A stretch of DNA of 64,000 nucleotides from Sphingorhabdus sp. (GCF_044239045.1 NZ_JBIICD010000008.1:8311-72310); one strand, 5' to 3'; positions 49,872 to 60,604 are shown, counted from the first letter of the stretch. Numbers and translations: made by a program. The notes: generated by a model from the sequence alone, not told the origin.

Positions 49872-52145
49872 GTGCAGCCTATGGAAAGCGCTACCCGTTC
49901 TGCCCGCAATATCCTGACAGGTCTGCACGAGGTGATGGCCTCGAAGAACCATGCCCAGGGTAAGCTGAATCATGTGGTCAACATTATCGGTGAAGCGCTT
50001 TCGAGCGAAGTGTGTTCAATTTACTTGTTGCGCGATGGCGCACTTGAGTTGTTTGCCACGCGCGGGTTGAACCAAGCTGCCGTGCACATTACACGTTTAG
50101 GCTTAGGTGAGGGCCTCGTTGGGACAATTGCTGAAAATGTCGAAACGCTGAACCTGGATCAGGCGGCAGCACATCCGAATTTTCGCTACGTCCCAGAAAC
50201 GGGGGAAGAACGCTTTCACAGTTTTGCCGGTGTGCCCATTGTCCGGTCCGAACGGGCCGTCGGCGTGCTCGCGGTCCAACATGTCGAACCGCGTAAATAT
50301 GAAGAGGTCGAAATTGAGGCACTTCAAACCGTCGCCATGGTGTTGTCGGAACTCATTGCCAACGCAGGCCTAATTGACGAACCAAGCAGCCGGGGCGGAA
50401 GTGACACGGGCACTATTAGCCTCACAGGATTGCCGCTTGTTAAGGGCGCAGCGGCTGGCGTTGCTATTTTTCACCAGCCAAATGTCCGCATTGAGCACAC
50501 AGTTGCTGAAGATATCGAAGCCGAACGCCAGCGTGTATACTCCGCCTTCGATAAAATGCGTGAGCAAATCGACCGTATGACCAGCCAGATAGAGTTTGGT
50601 ACAGGCGGCGAACATGAAGAGGTCATCGCGACATACAAAATGTTCGCATATGATGAGGGCTGGAGCCGCCGGATCAACGAAGCCATTGACAGTGGCCTAA
50701 CCGCAGAAGCAGCCATTGAACGCGTTCAGCAACGCACGCGCATGCGCATGCGGCAGATCGACGACGCGCTGCTTGCCGATCGCATGCATGATTTGGAGGA
50801 TCTGTCGAACCGTTTGCTGCGCATCGTTTCCGGGCAAATGAGCACTGCGGCGCAGCTTGGACTCAAAAAAGATTCCATCCTTATCGCGCGCAATTTGGGT
50901 CCCGCAGAATTGCTGGAATATGACAAAAGGCGCCTGCGCGGTGTGGTCTTAGAAGAAGGCTCATTAACCGCACATGTGGTAATCGTGGCCCGTGCCATGG
51001 GCATTCCGGTTCTTGGCCGCGTTCGCGGTATTCGTCATAAGGTGCGCGACGGCGACATGCTGTTGCTAAACGCTGACGAAAAAAGCGTGATCGTGCGCCC
51101 GTCGTCTGCGGCAGAAGAAATATTTCAACATGATCTTATTGATCGGCAGAAGAAAAAAGCGCGCTATGCCGCGATGCGCGATGAAGCATCCGTCACTAAA
51201 GACGGGGTGCCCGTTACGCTGATGATGAACGCCGGCTTGCGTGATGACATGTCGGCTTTGGCGACAACCGGCGCTGAAGGTGTTGGCCTTTTCCGGACCG
51301 AGTTCCAGTTTCTGATATCGGCGACATTGCCGCAGCGCGAACGGCAGCAGCGTTTTTACCGCGATGTCTTAGACGCCGCCGGCGACAAGCCAGTCATTTT
51401 CCGCACGCTGGATATCGGCGGAGACAAGGCTCTACCCTATCTTAAGGACGAAACGAACGAAGAGGAAAACCCTGCGCTGGGCTGGCGCGCGCTCCGGCTG
51501 TCGCTCGATCACGCCGGATTGATGAAGGCGCAGGCTCGGGCGTTGATTGAGGCAGCAGCCGGTCGCACGCTCAACGTCATGTTCCCGATGGTTTCTGAGC
51601 CATGGGAATTTGACGCAGCCAAAGCCATTTTCGACGGTCAGATTGAGTTTCTGGAACGGCAGAAAAAGATATTGCCAAGCAAAATCCGTTATGGCGCGAT
51701 GCTAGAGGTCCCGGCCCTGGCCGAGACCCTCGATATACTTCTGCCCAAGATTAATTTTCTGTCGATTGGGACCAACGATCTAACTCAATTCCTTTTTGCC
51801 GCCGACCGCGCTGATCCGCGCTTGGCAGAACGGTATGATTGGCTAAGTCCCGCTATTCTGCGGTTCATCCGGCGGGTCGTTAAAGCAACCGAGGGCCACG
51901 ACGTCGACGTCGCGGTTTGCGGGGAGATGGGTGGACGGACGCTTGAAGCACTTGCCCTCATGGGTATTGGCATTCACCGACTATCGATTACACCAGCTGC
52001 CGTTGGACCAATTAAAGCCATGATCCGTTCCACAAACCATGCTGATGTCCGTGCAAAAATGGAAGAGTTGCTGAATAGCCCCACAGAGAATTTGCGCGAA
52101 CAATTGACGACTTGGGCAGTTGGTCAAGGAATTGAAACCGGATAA
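49872..52145 (+). CDS. ptsP: PTS(Ntr) enzyme I with GAF domain
   Basis: N-terminal GAF, phospho-His in GSLTAHV, GVGLFRTEF, NPALGWR, IGTNDL, VCGEM. Confidence 0.96.
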   Translation: MQPMESATRSARNILTGLHEVMASKNHAQGKLNHVVNIIGEALSSEVCSIYLLRDGALELFATRGLNQAAVHITRLGLGEGLVGTIAENVETLNLDQAAAHPNFRYVPETGEERFHSFAGVPIVRSERAVGVLAVQHVEPRKYEEVEIEALQTVAMVLSELIANAGLIDEPSSRGGSDTGTISLTGLPLVKGAAAGVAIFHQPNVRIEHTVAEDIEAERQRVYSAFDKMREQIDRMTSQIEFGTGGEHEEVIATYKMFAYDEGWSRRINEAIDSGLTAEAAIERVQQRTRMRMRQIDDALLADRMHDLEDLSNRLLRIVSGQMSTAAQLGLKKDSILIARNLGPAELLEYDKRRLRGVVLEEGSLTAHVVIVARAMGIPVLGRVRGIRHKVRDGDMLLLNADEKSVIVRPSSAAEEIFQHDLIDRQKKKARYAAMRDEASVTKDGVPVTLMMNAGLRDDMSALATTGAEGVGLFRTEFQFLISATLPQRERQQRFYRDVLDAAGDKPVIFRTLDIGGDKALPYLKDETNEEENPALGWRALRLSLDHAGLMKAQARALIEAAAGRTLNVMFPMVSEPWEFDAAKAIFDGQIEFLERQKKILPSKIRYGAMLEVPALAETLDILLPKINFLSIGTNDLTQFLFAADRADPRLAERYDWLSPAILRFIRRVVKATEGHDVDVAVCGEMGGRTLEALALMGIGIHRLSITPAAVGPIKAMIRSTNHADVRAKMEELLNSPTENLREQLTTWAVGQGIETG

Positions 52146-52232
52146 TTTAAGGTCCCTTAAATATCTGATTATCTGTAATTAACATTGACATTATGCATTT
52201 GATGCTCATTATCATGACGACTGCACGGAGAT

Positions 52233-52841
52233 GTGAGGGGGCGGGTCGTGGAGATTGCAGTGGACGAAATTCCTCGTGTGGAAGAGGAACCTATTACTGT
52301 AGCTCAAGAACTCAAGGCCGCCCGTGAACGGATGGGCATGACCCTGGTCGAGCTTGCCGCCGAAACACGCGTGCCCATGCGACATTTAGAATCCATTGAG
52401 AAATCCGAATTCAGTGCGCTACCGGGACAGACATATACTGTCGGGTTTGTTCGATCTTACGCCCGCGCGCTTGCCCTAGATGATGTTGCGATTGTGAATG
52501 CGTTACGCGCCGAATTTTATAGCGGTGGGCATGAAAGATATGAGGCACCGCTCCAGAATTACGAGCCAACGGATCCCGCACGCGTTCCTTCCAAGACTTT
52601 GGCGTGGACGGCTGCGGCAGTTGCGGCGATGGTTTTGGTCGGTTATTTGATTTTCAGGAGCTACGCATTAGCGCCAACTGCAGCGCCGCAAACGCCAGCG
52701 CCAGTGATCACAACAGTGCCGGCAACGACAGCGCCCAATCCGGTCGCCACTGTGAATGACGATACATCCGCTGCGAATGTCGGCATGGACGAACAAACTC
52801 CTCCATCACCCCCACCTTTGGCAGCCACCCCAAATCCGTGA
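52233..52841 (+). CDS. rodZ: RodZ-like protein (HTH, TM, linker) lacking the usual C-terminal DUF4115 domain
   Basis: LKAARERMG.TL..LA..TRV...L.SIE....Y..GFVRSYARAL; one TM; conserved position between ptsP and cpoB. Confidence 0.75.
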   Translation: MRGRVVEIAVDEIPRVEEEPITVAQELKAARERMGMTLVELAAETRVPMRHLESIEKSEFSALPGQTYTVGFVRSYARALALDDVAIVNALRAEFYSGGHERYEAPLQNYEPTDPARVPSKTLAWTAAAVAAMVLVGYLIFRSYALAPTAAPQTPAPVITTVPATTAPNPVATVNDDTSAANVGMDEQTPPSPPPLAATPNP

Positions 52842-52970
52842 GCCCTATTATTACGTGCCGAAATGCCGATTAATTTCAATTTTTTTACACCCAAATGCCG
52901 TGTTGGCCTTTATCGCGGGATTGCAGTAAGCTATACCCGTGATTAGAGCTTTTTAAAGGGAAGTAACCCA

Positions 52971-53879
52971 ATGTATCTTCGGCGCGTTATCCTTGGCGGT
53001 GCAGCTTTCGCACTCAGCGCACCCGCAATTGCGCAAGACGCCAATATCGATGGAAGAGTTGGCAAACTTGAGAAGGAGATGCGGGCGGTTCAGCGCCAGG
53101 TATTTCCCAATGGCGCCGGAAAATTTATCGAGCCTGATATCCAGACACCTACAGCGACAACTACATCAGCCAGCTCGACCACTGCAACGGTAGATCTGAC
53201 CGCGCGTGTGGATGCGTTAGAGGCGCAGCTTGCAACCCTGACCGGGCAGGTCGAGTTGCAAGGCAATAATATGCGCGGACTTGAAGGCAGACTGAAAGCC
53301 ATCGAAACACAACTGGCAGCCCGAGCCGCATCGCCAGTTGAAACAATTGTGCCAACCGCAACGCCAACAGCGACGGCGACAGCGCCGAAATCCAAAGGCG
53401 GCGCAGCTCCCACAAAGCCTGTTACAACCGCTAAGGCAAACCCAGCCCGCGTCGCCGCGGTTGCCGCTATCGAACGTCCCGCAAGTGGCGATGCGTTCGA
53501 AGACGGCTACAATTATGGCTACCGCTTATGGGAAGCCAAATTCTATCCAGAATCACAAGCAACCCTTGAAGAAATCGTCGCGAAATTTCCGAAACATAGA
53601 CGCGCCAGCTATGCACGCAATTTGCTGGGCCGGGCATGGTTGGATGACAAAAAGCCAGCCACCGCAGTGAAGGTTTTTTACGAAAATTATAAGGCTGACC
53701 CTCGTGGTGACCGCGCGCCGGATAGCTTGCTTTTCTTGGGATCGGCTTTGACTGACCTTGGAAAGGCAGCTGAGGCATGCGAAGCCTTTGGTGAATTGGC
53801 GAAGGCATATCCTGATGCGGCGACAGGCCGCTTGGCCGAACGCCTCACATCAAGCAAAACAAGGGCGAAGTGCAAGTAA
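52971..53879 (+). CDS. cpoB: Tol-Pal associated CpoB/YbgF protein
   Basis: Signal peptide, coiled coil, TPR region (RAPDSLLFLG..L..LG..AEAC..F.EL...YP). Confidence 0.85.
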   Translation: MYLRRVILGGAAFALSAPAIAQDANIDGRVGKLEKEMRAVQRQVFPNGAGKFIEPDIQTPTATTTSASSTTATVDLTARVDALEAQLATLTGQVELQGNNMRGLEGRLKAIETQLAARAASPVETIVPTATPTATATAPKSKGGAAPTKPVTTAKANPARVAAVAAIERPASGDAFEDGYNYGYRLWEAKFYPESQATLEEIVAKFPKHRRASYARNLLGRAWLDDKKPATAVKVFYENYKADPRGDRAPDSLLFLGSALTDLGKAAEACEAFGELAKAYPDAATGRLAERLTSSKTRAKCK

Positions 53880-54829
53880 CGCTGAAGCCGGTCTTTCTCG
53901 ACCGTTTTAGGGCTGCGCTTTGCAGGCTAGGCTGTGCTGATGATCGCTTATTATGCGCGGTCTCGGGTGGCCCAGATAGCCTTGCCCTTTTGCTGTTGGC
54001 GCAGCAAATTTTGCCCGGCAAATTGGTTGCCGTAACCGTAGACCATCAATTGCGATCGGATTCCGCCAACGAGGCGCAGGTTGTTGCAAAAATCTGCCGC
54101 GATCTTGGCGTGTCGCATATCATTTTAACACCCGATGAGAAGATAGTGGGTAATCTCCAGTCGTCGGCGCGCACAGCACGTTACGCTTTGCTGGAACGCG
54201 CAGCTGATGCAGAAAATTGCCAGCACATTGCCACGGCGCATCATGCCGATGACCAATTGGAAACCCTGCTGATGCGATTGGCGCGCGGCAGCGGCGTCGA
54301 TGGGTTGTCGGGCATTCGCGCACGCAATGGACGGGTGGTCCGGCCGCTTTTGGAATTCACAAAGGCGGAGCTTATCGACATCTGTTCCAGCGGCGGCATT
54401 GAAGCGGTCAACGATCCCAGCAACGCAAATATCGATTTTGACCGGGTCGCGATGCGGCGCTGGTTAGCCAGCACGCAGCACCCATTTCCTGCAACCCGCG
54501 CTCTGCGCACGACAAGCGCATTGGCCGACGCATCTGATGCATTGGTCTGGATGACGGACACGCTGGCCGCGCAGAGAATACGCCAAGAAAATGACATTAT
54601 CATCTGTAAGGCTAGCGACCTGCCTCGTGAATTGAAACGACGGCTGTTAATCCGCTGCCTGAGGAAGATGGACTCCAATCTAGCCCCGCGTGGTGACGCA
54701 ATTGATCGCTTGTTAACTGACCTCGAAAATGCGCAGGCTTCCATGATTGGCAATATCAAATGCCTAGGCGGAGCTGATTGGCAGTTTTCCAAAGCGCCAC
54801 CTCGGCGTGCTCAAGAAAACAGCCTTTAA
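53870..54829 (+). CDS. tilS: tRNA(Ile)-lysidine synthetase
   Basis: AVSGGPDS, TVDHQLR, ARYALL, TAHHADDQLET, VRPLL, DPSN. Confidence 0.95.
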   Translation: MQVTLKPVFLDRFRAALCRLGCADDRLLCAVSGGPDSLALLLLAQQILPGKLVAVTVDHQLRSDSANEAQVVAKICRDLGVSHIILTPDEKIVGNLQSSARTARYALLERAADAENCQHIATAHHADDQLETLLMRLARGSGVDGLSGIRARNGRVVRPLLEFTKAELIDICSSGGIEAVNDPSNANIDFDRVAMRRWLASTQHPFPATRALRTTSALADASDALVWMTDTLAAQRIRQENDIIICKASDLPRELKRRLLIRCLRKMDSNLAPRGDAIDRLLTDLENAQASMIGNIKCLGGADWQFSKAPPRRAQENSL

Positions 54830-54918
54830 TTTTGCCAATCCCTATATTGTCATTCACGCATTCGACCCTACATTAACTTATTATCTCCACGTATTTAGCG
54901 CGGGGACAGAACAAGGCA

Positions 54919-56871
54919 GTGATGATGAACGACGAACAAGAACCCAAAAGCAACCCGATGCTCCGCAACTTGGCCATTTGGTCCGGGATCATTGTGGCGC
55001 TTTTGCTTGTAGCCTCGATATTCGGTGGTTCGTCAGAATCTGCGAAGGGCATCAGCTATTCATCGTTCCGCGACAAGGTTGAGGCAGGCGAAGTCAAATC
55101 TGTTGCGATTGCGCCTGAGCGTATCAGTGGCAAGTTGCAAAATGACGAAGCATTCGTCACCGTCCCCATTCCAGGCGATAATAGTCTATATCCTCTGCTT
55201 GATGAAAAAGGCGTCGATGTTCAAGGCAAGGCCGAAGAACAGCCGAGCCTCATTCTGATCCTGTTATATCAAGCGTTGCCGTTCTTGCTCATCCTTGGCA
55301 TCGCATTCTTCGTTTTGCGGCAAATGCAAAAAGGCGGCGGCGCAGGTGGAGCCATGGGCTTTGGCAAGTCGAAGGCAAAATTGCTGACTGAAAAACATGG
55401 CAAGGTAACGTTCGATGATGTCGCCGGCATTGACGAGGCCCGCGAAGAGCTTCAGGAAATCGTCGAATTTTTGAAAGACCCACAAAAATTCAGCCGCCTT
55501 GGTGGTAAAATCCCCAAGGGCGCTTTGCTTGTTGGTTCGCCGGGTACCGGCAAGACTTTGCTCGCACGCGCAATTGCTGGCGAGGCTGGCGTACCGTTCT
55601 TCTCGATCTCTGGGTCTGACTTTGTCGAAATGTTTGTGGGTGTTGGTGCAAGCCGCGTGCGCGACATGTTTGAGCAAGCAAAGAAAAACGCACCTTGCAT
55701 CGTGTTCATCGATGAAATCGACGCGGTGGGCCGCAGCCGTGGCGCTGGCCTTGGTAATCAAAATGACGAACGCGAACAGACATTGAACCAGCTTTTGGTC
55801 GAAATGGACGGATTTGAAGCCAATGAAGGCATCATCATCGTTGCTGCAACCAACCGCCCCGATGTCCTTGATCCAGCATTACTGCGCCCCGGTCGCTTTG
55901 ACCGTCAGGTTGTTGTGCCGCGCCCGGATATTGATGGGCGCGTCAAGATTCTCGCCGTGCACATGAAGAAAGTGCCTTTAGCACACGATGTCGATGGCAG
56001 AGTCATCGCACGCGGAACGCCCGGTTTCTCGGGTGCTGACCTTGCCAACCTTGTGAACGAAGCCGCATTGCTTGCCGCACGTCGTGGCAAACGACTAGTC
56101 GCTATGCAAGAATTCGAGGATGCCAAAGATAAGGTGATGATGGGCACCGAACGTAAGTCGATGGTCATGACCGAAGATGAAAAGAAAATGACGGCCTATC
56201 ATGAGGCCGGCCATGCAATCGTGTCGATCTATGAAGCCGCATCTGACCCGATCCACAAGGCAACCATCATTCCCCGTGGCCGAGCCTTGGGTATGGTCAT
56301 GCGCCTACCAGAGAGGGATAATTACAGCTATCATCGCGATAAAATGCACGCCAACCTCTCCGTATCCATGGGCGGACGCGTGGCGGAAGAATTGATCTTC
56401 GGCTATGACAAGGTCAGTTCAGGCGCATCCAGCGATATCCAATATGCAACCAGCTTAGCGCGCGACATGGTCACCCAATGGGGCATGTCGGATGCGATGG
56501 GGCCGCTACAATATGAAGAGCGTCAAGAAGGATATCTTGGCTACGGCATGTCACAGCGATCAGCTATGTCGGATGAAACAGCACAAAAGATTGATGCCGA
56601 AATCCGCAAGCTGGTTGAAGGCGGGCATAAACGAGCGACCGAGTTGCTGACGACGCATAACGAACAATTACACCTTCTTGCCAACGCACTTCTGGAATTC
56701 GAAACGCTTTCGGGCGACGAAATCAACCAGCTTTTGGAATCAGGTAAATTCGAACGTGACGACGGCAAGGTAGTTAAGCCCTCGTCCATTCCAACGGTAG
56801 GTACAGCCATCCCAAAAGCGGGACGCAGCAAGTCTACGCCAGTCGAAGGCGCAGCGCCACAAGGCGCTTAG
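54919..56871 (+). CDS. ftsH: ATP-dependent zinc metalloprotease FtsH
   Basis: Two TMs, [28 protein letters not shown]. Confidence 0.98.
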   Translation: MMMNDEQEPKSNPMLRNLAIWSGIIVALLLVASIFGGSSESAKGISYSSFRDKVEAGEVKSVAIAPERISGKLQNDEAFVTVPIPGDNSLYPLLDEKGVDVQGKAEEQPSLILILLYQALPFLLILGIAFFVLRQMQKGGGAGGAMGFGKSKAKLLTEKHGKVTFDDVAGIDEAREELQEIVEFLKDPQKFSRLGGKIPKGALLVGSPGTGKTLLARAIAGEAGVPFFSISGSDFVEMFVGVGASRVRDMFEQAKKNAPCIVFIDEIDAVGRSRGAGLGNQNDEREQTLNQLLVEMDGFEANEGIIIVAATNRPDVLDPALLRPGRFDRQVVVPRPDIDGRVKILAVHMKKVPLAHDVDGRVIARGTPGFSGADLANLVNEAALLAARRGKRLVAMQEFEDAKDKVMMGTERKSMVMTEDEKKMTAYHEAGHAIVSIYEAASDPIHKATIIPRGRALGMVMRLPERDNYSYHRDKMHANLSVSMGGRVAEELIFGYDKVSSGASSDIQYATSLARDMVTQWGMSDAMGPLQYEERQEGYLGYGMSQRSAMSDETAQKIDAEIRKLVEGGHKRATELLTTHNEQLHLLANALLEFETLSGDEINQLLESGKFERDDGKVVKPSSIPTVGTAIPKAGRSKSTPVEGAAPQGA

Positions 56872-56889
56872 TTTTCAGCTTTTATTCGC

Positions 56890-56930
56890 GGCCTCAACGC
56901 ACTATCCCCCATGGGGAGAGAGTTGAGGTC
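56890..56930. repeat. Long imperfect hairpin downstream of ftsH (REP-like or RNA stabiliser)
   Basis: GGCCTCAAC/GTTGAGGTC outer stem, CTATCCCC/GGGGAGAG inner stem, CAT loop. Confidence 0.5.
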
Positions 56931-57068
56931 GCCGTTTTCCCTGCTAAATAAGCGCCAAAGATGAGGAGCGAGCAGCATGCCCCGCCCGCCGCTGGGCCGC
57001 GTGGAACGTCGCGCGATTTTTGGATGACACAGAATCTCTCCAGCATTCCCAAGCGGAACTAAAGCCAC

Positions 57069-57099
57069 AAAAAAGAAAAGGCCCGTACGAGCCGGGCCT
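57069..57099 (-). terminator. Intrinsic terminator of rpoZ
   Basis: Minus strand AGGCCCG-GCTCGTA-CGGGCCT-TTTCTTTTTT. Confidence 0.82.
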
Positions 57100-57124
57100 G
57101 ATTCATTCCACAATGATTGGGATA

Positions 57125-57469
57125 TTACCGGTCGTAATCGCGCTGCATACCAGCCCCGCGAGCTGGGGCAGCGGCGGTCAAACGAAGTGCCTCGGCAGAC
57201 AGGCTGATCGAGCCGACTTCATCGGCTTCTTCATCCTCATCAACCTGAACCTTCTGAAGCGACTGCACGAGGCCTTCTTTCAACTGGTCAGGGCGAACAG
57301 TTTCCTCAGCGATTTCGCGCAAAGCAACGACTGGATTTTTATCCCGATCACGATCAATGGTCAGTTCAGCGCCACCAGAGATTTCGCGCGCACGCTCGGC
57401 GGCGAGTAATACAAGGTCAAACCGATTGGTGATCTTGTCGATGCAATCTTCAACAGTAACGCGTGCCAT
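57125..57469 (-). CDS. rpoZ: RNA polymerase omega subunit
   Basis: [34 protein letters not shown]; GGAG SD; start 57469. Confidence 0.97.
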   Translation of the reverse strand: MARVTVEDCIDKITNRFDLVLLAAERAREISGGAELTIDRDRDKNPVVALREIAEETVRPDQLKEGLVQSLQKVQVDEDEEADEVGSISLSAEALRLTAAAPARGAGMQRDYDR

Positions 57470-57591
57470 ATTGGCTCCTGATTCTTCGTATTTTTCGGAA
57501 AGTTGCCTGCGCCTAGATATAATGGGCCAAAATGTCAATGAAAAGGGCAGGTCGCTTGCCGTGCGATGCGCAAAGCGGTATTGCCAGCAAC

Positions 57592-58773
57592 ATGACAGTG
57601 CAATCAGGCAAGCCCGGGTTCCCCGGAACGCACTTTCAGGTCGCGGGCCATGAATTGCACTTAGTTTATCAGCCGCAAGATCGACTCAACGCCGTTTTGC
57701 AGCTCATCGCAGTGGCGCAAAAATCGATACACATGTTTTTCTACATGTTTTGTGCCGACGAAACCGGCCGGCAAGTGCGCGACGCGCTCATTGCGGCGGC
57801 GAAACGCGGTGTGCACGTGCAATTGATTATCGACAGTTTTGGGTCAACGCAGGTGACCAATCGGTTCTTCGACGCTTTGCTTGATGCGGGCGGCAACTAT
57901 CACAGTTTCAGCACCCGCAAAGGCTTTGGTTACCTGATCCGCAATCACCAAAAAATGCTGATCATCGACGGCGCACATGCGCTTGTAGGTGGCTTCAACA
58001 TCGCCGATGCCTATTTCGGACGTGCTGGCGACGATAGCTGGGAAGATCTTGGCATAATCGTGTCTGGCCCGCAGGCGCAGCGGTTAAGCAATTATTTCGA
58101 GGATATGGCGCAAGCGTCAAATGACGGCGACGTCCGCTTCCGGCAAATCCGCAATATTATTCGGCAATGGCGACCGGGCATTGGTCAAGTGCAATGGTTA
58201 TTGGGTGGACCAACCAACCGGATTTCCCCATGGGCGCTCACGTTCAAGCGATCATTGGATACAGGCAAGAGATTTGACATTGTTTCCGCCTATTTTTCGC
58301 CGTCCCAATCCATATTGCGCCGCCTTGCTAAGACCGCCAAGCGCAACAAGGGGTCCCGCCTCATATTGGCTGGCAAGACCGATAATGGGGCAACGATTGC
58401 AGCCGCACGCGTGCTTTATCGATATCTGATACGCCGCAAAACTGGGATTTACGAATATCAACCACGTCCACTTCATATGAAGCTCATGGTCATTGATGAC
58501 ACGGTCTATATCGGCTCAGCCAATCTGGATGTCCGCAGCATGTTTATCAATTTAGAGATTATGGTGCGCATCAAGGATGCAGCGCTCGCTCTGCATATGC
58601 GTGCACTGATTGACGGGCTTGCCTCCCAGTCGGAAGCGCAGACACGGATTTTGTTAAAGAAGCGGGACACTATTTGGAGCCGGTTTAAGTCCGGCCTTGC
58701 CTATTTTCTTGTTAATACAGTCGATTACACGATTGGTCGCCGGATCAAATTCCGCCTAATCCGCAACCGATAG
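57592..58773 (+). CDS. Phospholipase D family, cardiolipin synthase-like
   Basis: Two HKD motifs ([19 protein letters not shown]...GSANLD); start MTVQ at 57592. Confidence 0.9.
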   Translation: MTVQSGKPGFPGTHFQVAGHELHLVYQPQDRLNAVLQLIAVAQKSIHMFFYMFCADETGRQVRDALIAAAKRGVHVQLIIDSFGSTQVTNRFFDALLDAGGNYHSFSTRKGFGYLIRNHQKMLIIDGAHALVGGFNIADAYFGRAGDDSWEDLGIIVSGPQAQRLSNYFEDMAQASNDGDVRFRQIRNIIRQWRPGIGQVQWLLGGPTNRISPWALTFKRSLDTGKRFDIVSAYFSPSQSILRRLAKTAKRNKGSRLILAGKTDNGATIAAARVLYRYLIRRKTGIYEYQPRPLHMKLMVIDDTVYIGSANLDVRSMFINLEIMVRIKDAALALHMRALIDGLASQSEAQTRILLKKRDTIWSRFKSGLAYFLVNTVDYTIGRRIKFRLIRNR

Positions 58774-58849
58774 GGTCCTGCCCCATGTTCCCTATCAATC
58801 TGCTCCCCCCAGCTTGCAATCTATTATGTATCGGTCCTATGCAGCTAAT

Positions 58850-59173
58850 ATGGCAAAGCTAAGCAACGGCACTATTTCGGTTATTTTTGTGGCACAGCGC
58901 ACGGAACTGGACGCCGACGGTTACGCTAGGGCTGCCGCGATGATGGATGAGCTCGCCGCGCATCAAGATGGCTATATTGGCATAGATTCGGTGCGTGGCG
59001 CAGATGGACTTGGCATCACCGTCAGCTATTGGGCAGACGAAGCACGCGCAAAAGCGTGGCGCGATCATCCTGATCACGCCGCAATGCGCGAGGCGGGCCG
59101 GAACCGATGGTATTCAGATTACAGCCTGCATGTGGCGCAAGTGACCCGCAGTTATGATTGGAAGAAGCCATGA
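58850..59173 (+). CDS. ABM-family monooxygenase
   Basis: GYIGIDSVRG.DGLGITVSYW......AW..H..H..R..GR..WY. Confidence 0.85.
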   Translation: MAKLSNGTISVIFVAQRTELDADGYARAAAMMDELAAHQDGYIGIDSVRGADGLGITVSYWADEARAKAWRDHPDHAAMREAGRNRWYSDYSLHVAQVTRSYDWKKP

Positions 59174-60474
59174 GCGCGGTTCAAACAATTCCCAGTAGCC
59201 GTGTTGTCGTGCTATTCCTCGTGATGCTCGTTGCCGCGGCGGGCAATACCGCAATGCAGTCGGCCCTTCCCGCGATCGCCAGTGAATTGGATATGCCCGA
59301 CGTATGGGTCAGTCTGGCCTTTAGCTGGTCTGCGTTATTATGGGTTATTACTGCACCCAAATGGGCACGCCTGTCGGATCGCCGAGGCCGCAAGCAACTG
59401 ATGAGCGTTGGCGTGATCGGCTTTGCTGCGTCCATGGGCTTGTGCGGATTGGTGCTCTGGCTTGGACTGGCGGGCCTCATTGGCCCCGTTGTGACGTTTA
59501 TCCTGTTTGCATTATTCCGCAGCCTTTACGGCGGTTTTGGCTCGGCTGCCCCACCCGCCGTTCAGGCCTATGTCGCGGCCCGAACCGAACGCGCCGAGCG
59601 CACCAAGGCGCTATCAATGCTTGCATCCTCTTTTGGCGTTGGCACCGTGATTGGCCCTGCAACCGCGCATTATTTCCTGTTTCCGCCGTTTGGCTTGGCC
59701 GGGCCACTCATCATGTTTGCCGCCTTTGGGGTGGCTGTATTGATTGCGTTACATGTTCAATTACCCAATGACACCCCGCGGTTTGAGGCGCGCGGCGCCG
59801 TTGCAGCTTACCCAAATTCAGCTTCCGTGAATTCGCCGGATGCTGAAGAAGTTGATGGTGATGCGTTGGGATCAGTGTTGCCTAGCAGCGAGGTCCGTCT
59901 GCCATGGCGTGATGAACGCATGGCATCCTGGCTGATTGCAGGTCTGATCGGTGGCCATGCGCAGGCAATCATTTTGGGCGTGGTGGGTTTTCTCGTGCGT
60001 GACCGGTTGGGATTGCATGATCGTCCTTGGGAGGCGGTGCAAGCCAGCGGCTCGGTTATGCTCATTGGCGCAATGGCGACCTTGTTAGCTCAGTGGGGCC
60101 TCATCCCGATGCTCTCACTTGCTGCGAGAAGTTCCGTCCTCTTGGGCGCGATTCTCGCCTTACTGGGCACAATCTTGACAGGCGTCAGCCATGATTTTTA
60201 TGGTATTAGCACGGGCTTTGCCATTGCCTCGCTCGGCTTTGGGCTGTTCCGACCGGGCTTTACCGCAGGCGCATCCTTGGCGGTCCATCGGCATGAACAA
60301 GGGGACGTTGCGGGCAAAATCGCCTCGATCAGCGGCGCGGCCTATATTGTCGCGCCGGCGGTTGGTGTTGCGTTGTTCAATTACTGGGAACCCGCCACAT
60401 TCATTCTGATCTCGGTATCGCTGCTATTCCTGATCATTTGGGGACGGCGCGCTTTGATAGTACCTGAAATCTAA
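59170..60474 (+). CDS. MFS transporter (TetA/DHA1-like)
   Basis: About 12 TMs, WARLSDRRGRK motif A; ATGA overlap with the upstream gene. Confidence 0.9.
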   Translation: MSAVQTIPSSRVVVLFLVMLVAAAGNTAMQSALPAIASELDMPDVWVSLAFSWSALLWVITAPKWARLSDRRGRKQLMSVGVIGFAASMGLCGLVLWLGLAGLIGPVVTFILFALFRSLYGGFGSAAPPAVQAYVAARTERAERTKALSMLASSFGVGTVIGPATAHYFLFPPFGLAGPLIMFAAFGVAVLIALHVQLPNDTPRFEARGAVAAYPNSASVNSPDAEEVDGDALGSVLPSSEVRLPWRDERMASWLIAGLIGGHAQAIILGVVGFLVRDRLGLHDRPWEAVQASGSVMLIGAMATLLAQWGLIPMLSLAARSSVLLGAILALLGTILTGVSHDFYGISTGFAIASLGFGLFRPGFTAGASLAVHRHEQGDVAGKIASISGAAYIVAPAVGVALFNYWEPATFILISVSLLFLIIWGRRALIVPEI

Positions 60475-60537
60475 GGTCCGGAACCACCGACGGCTGTCAT
60501 CATTCCTAGCAAGATAACGGTGATACGGAATTTGGAT

Positions 60538-60600
60538 AAAAAAAGGGCCGACCGAAGCCGACCCTGAAAAAGTCTTTAGGAGAGGATGCCTATAAGGCTT
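60538..60600 (-). ncRNA. Candidate small regulatory RNA with an anti-SD CCUCUCC seed (possibly SuhB/MmgR-like)
   Basis: GCCU-UAU-AGGC hairpin, AUCCUCUCCUAAAGACUU, GGGUCGGC-UUCG-GUCGGCCC-U7 terminator; upstream TTGCAC-N17-CATATG. Confidence 0.7.
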
Positions 60601-60604
60601 TACC

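Noticed and set aside
52146-52161. TTAA-GGTCCC-TTAA as a CtrA box upstream of rodZ
   Set aside because: Spacer is 6 nt, not the 7 of TTAA-N7-TTAA; may be only a short palindrome after ptsP.
56868-57409. 81-aa and 129-aa ORFs between or over ftsH and rpoZ
   Set aside because: They run through the rpoZ terminator or antisense to rpoZ; no coding signal.
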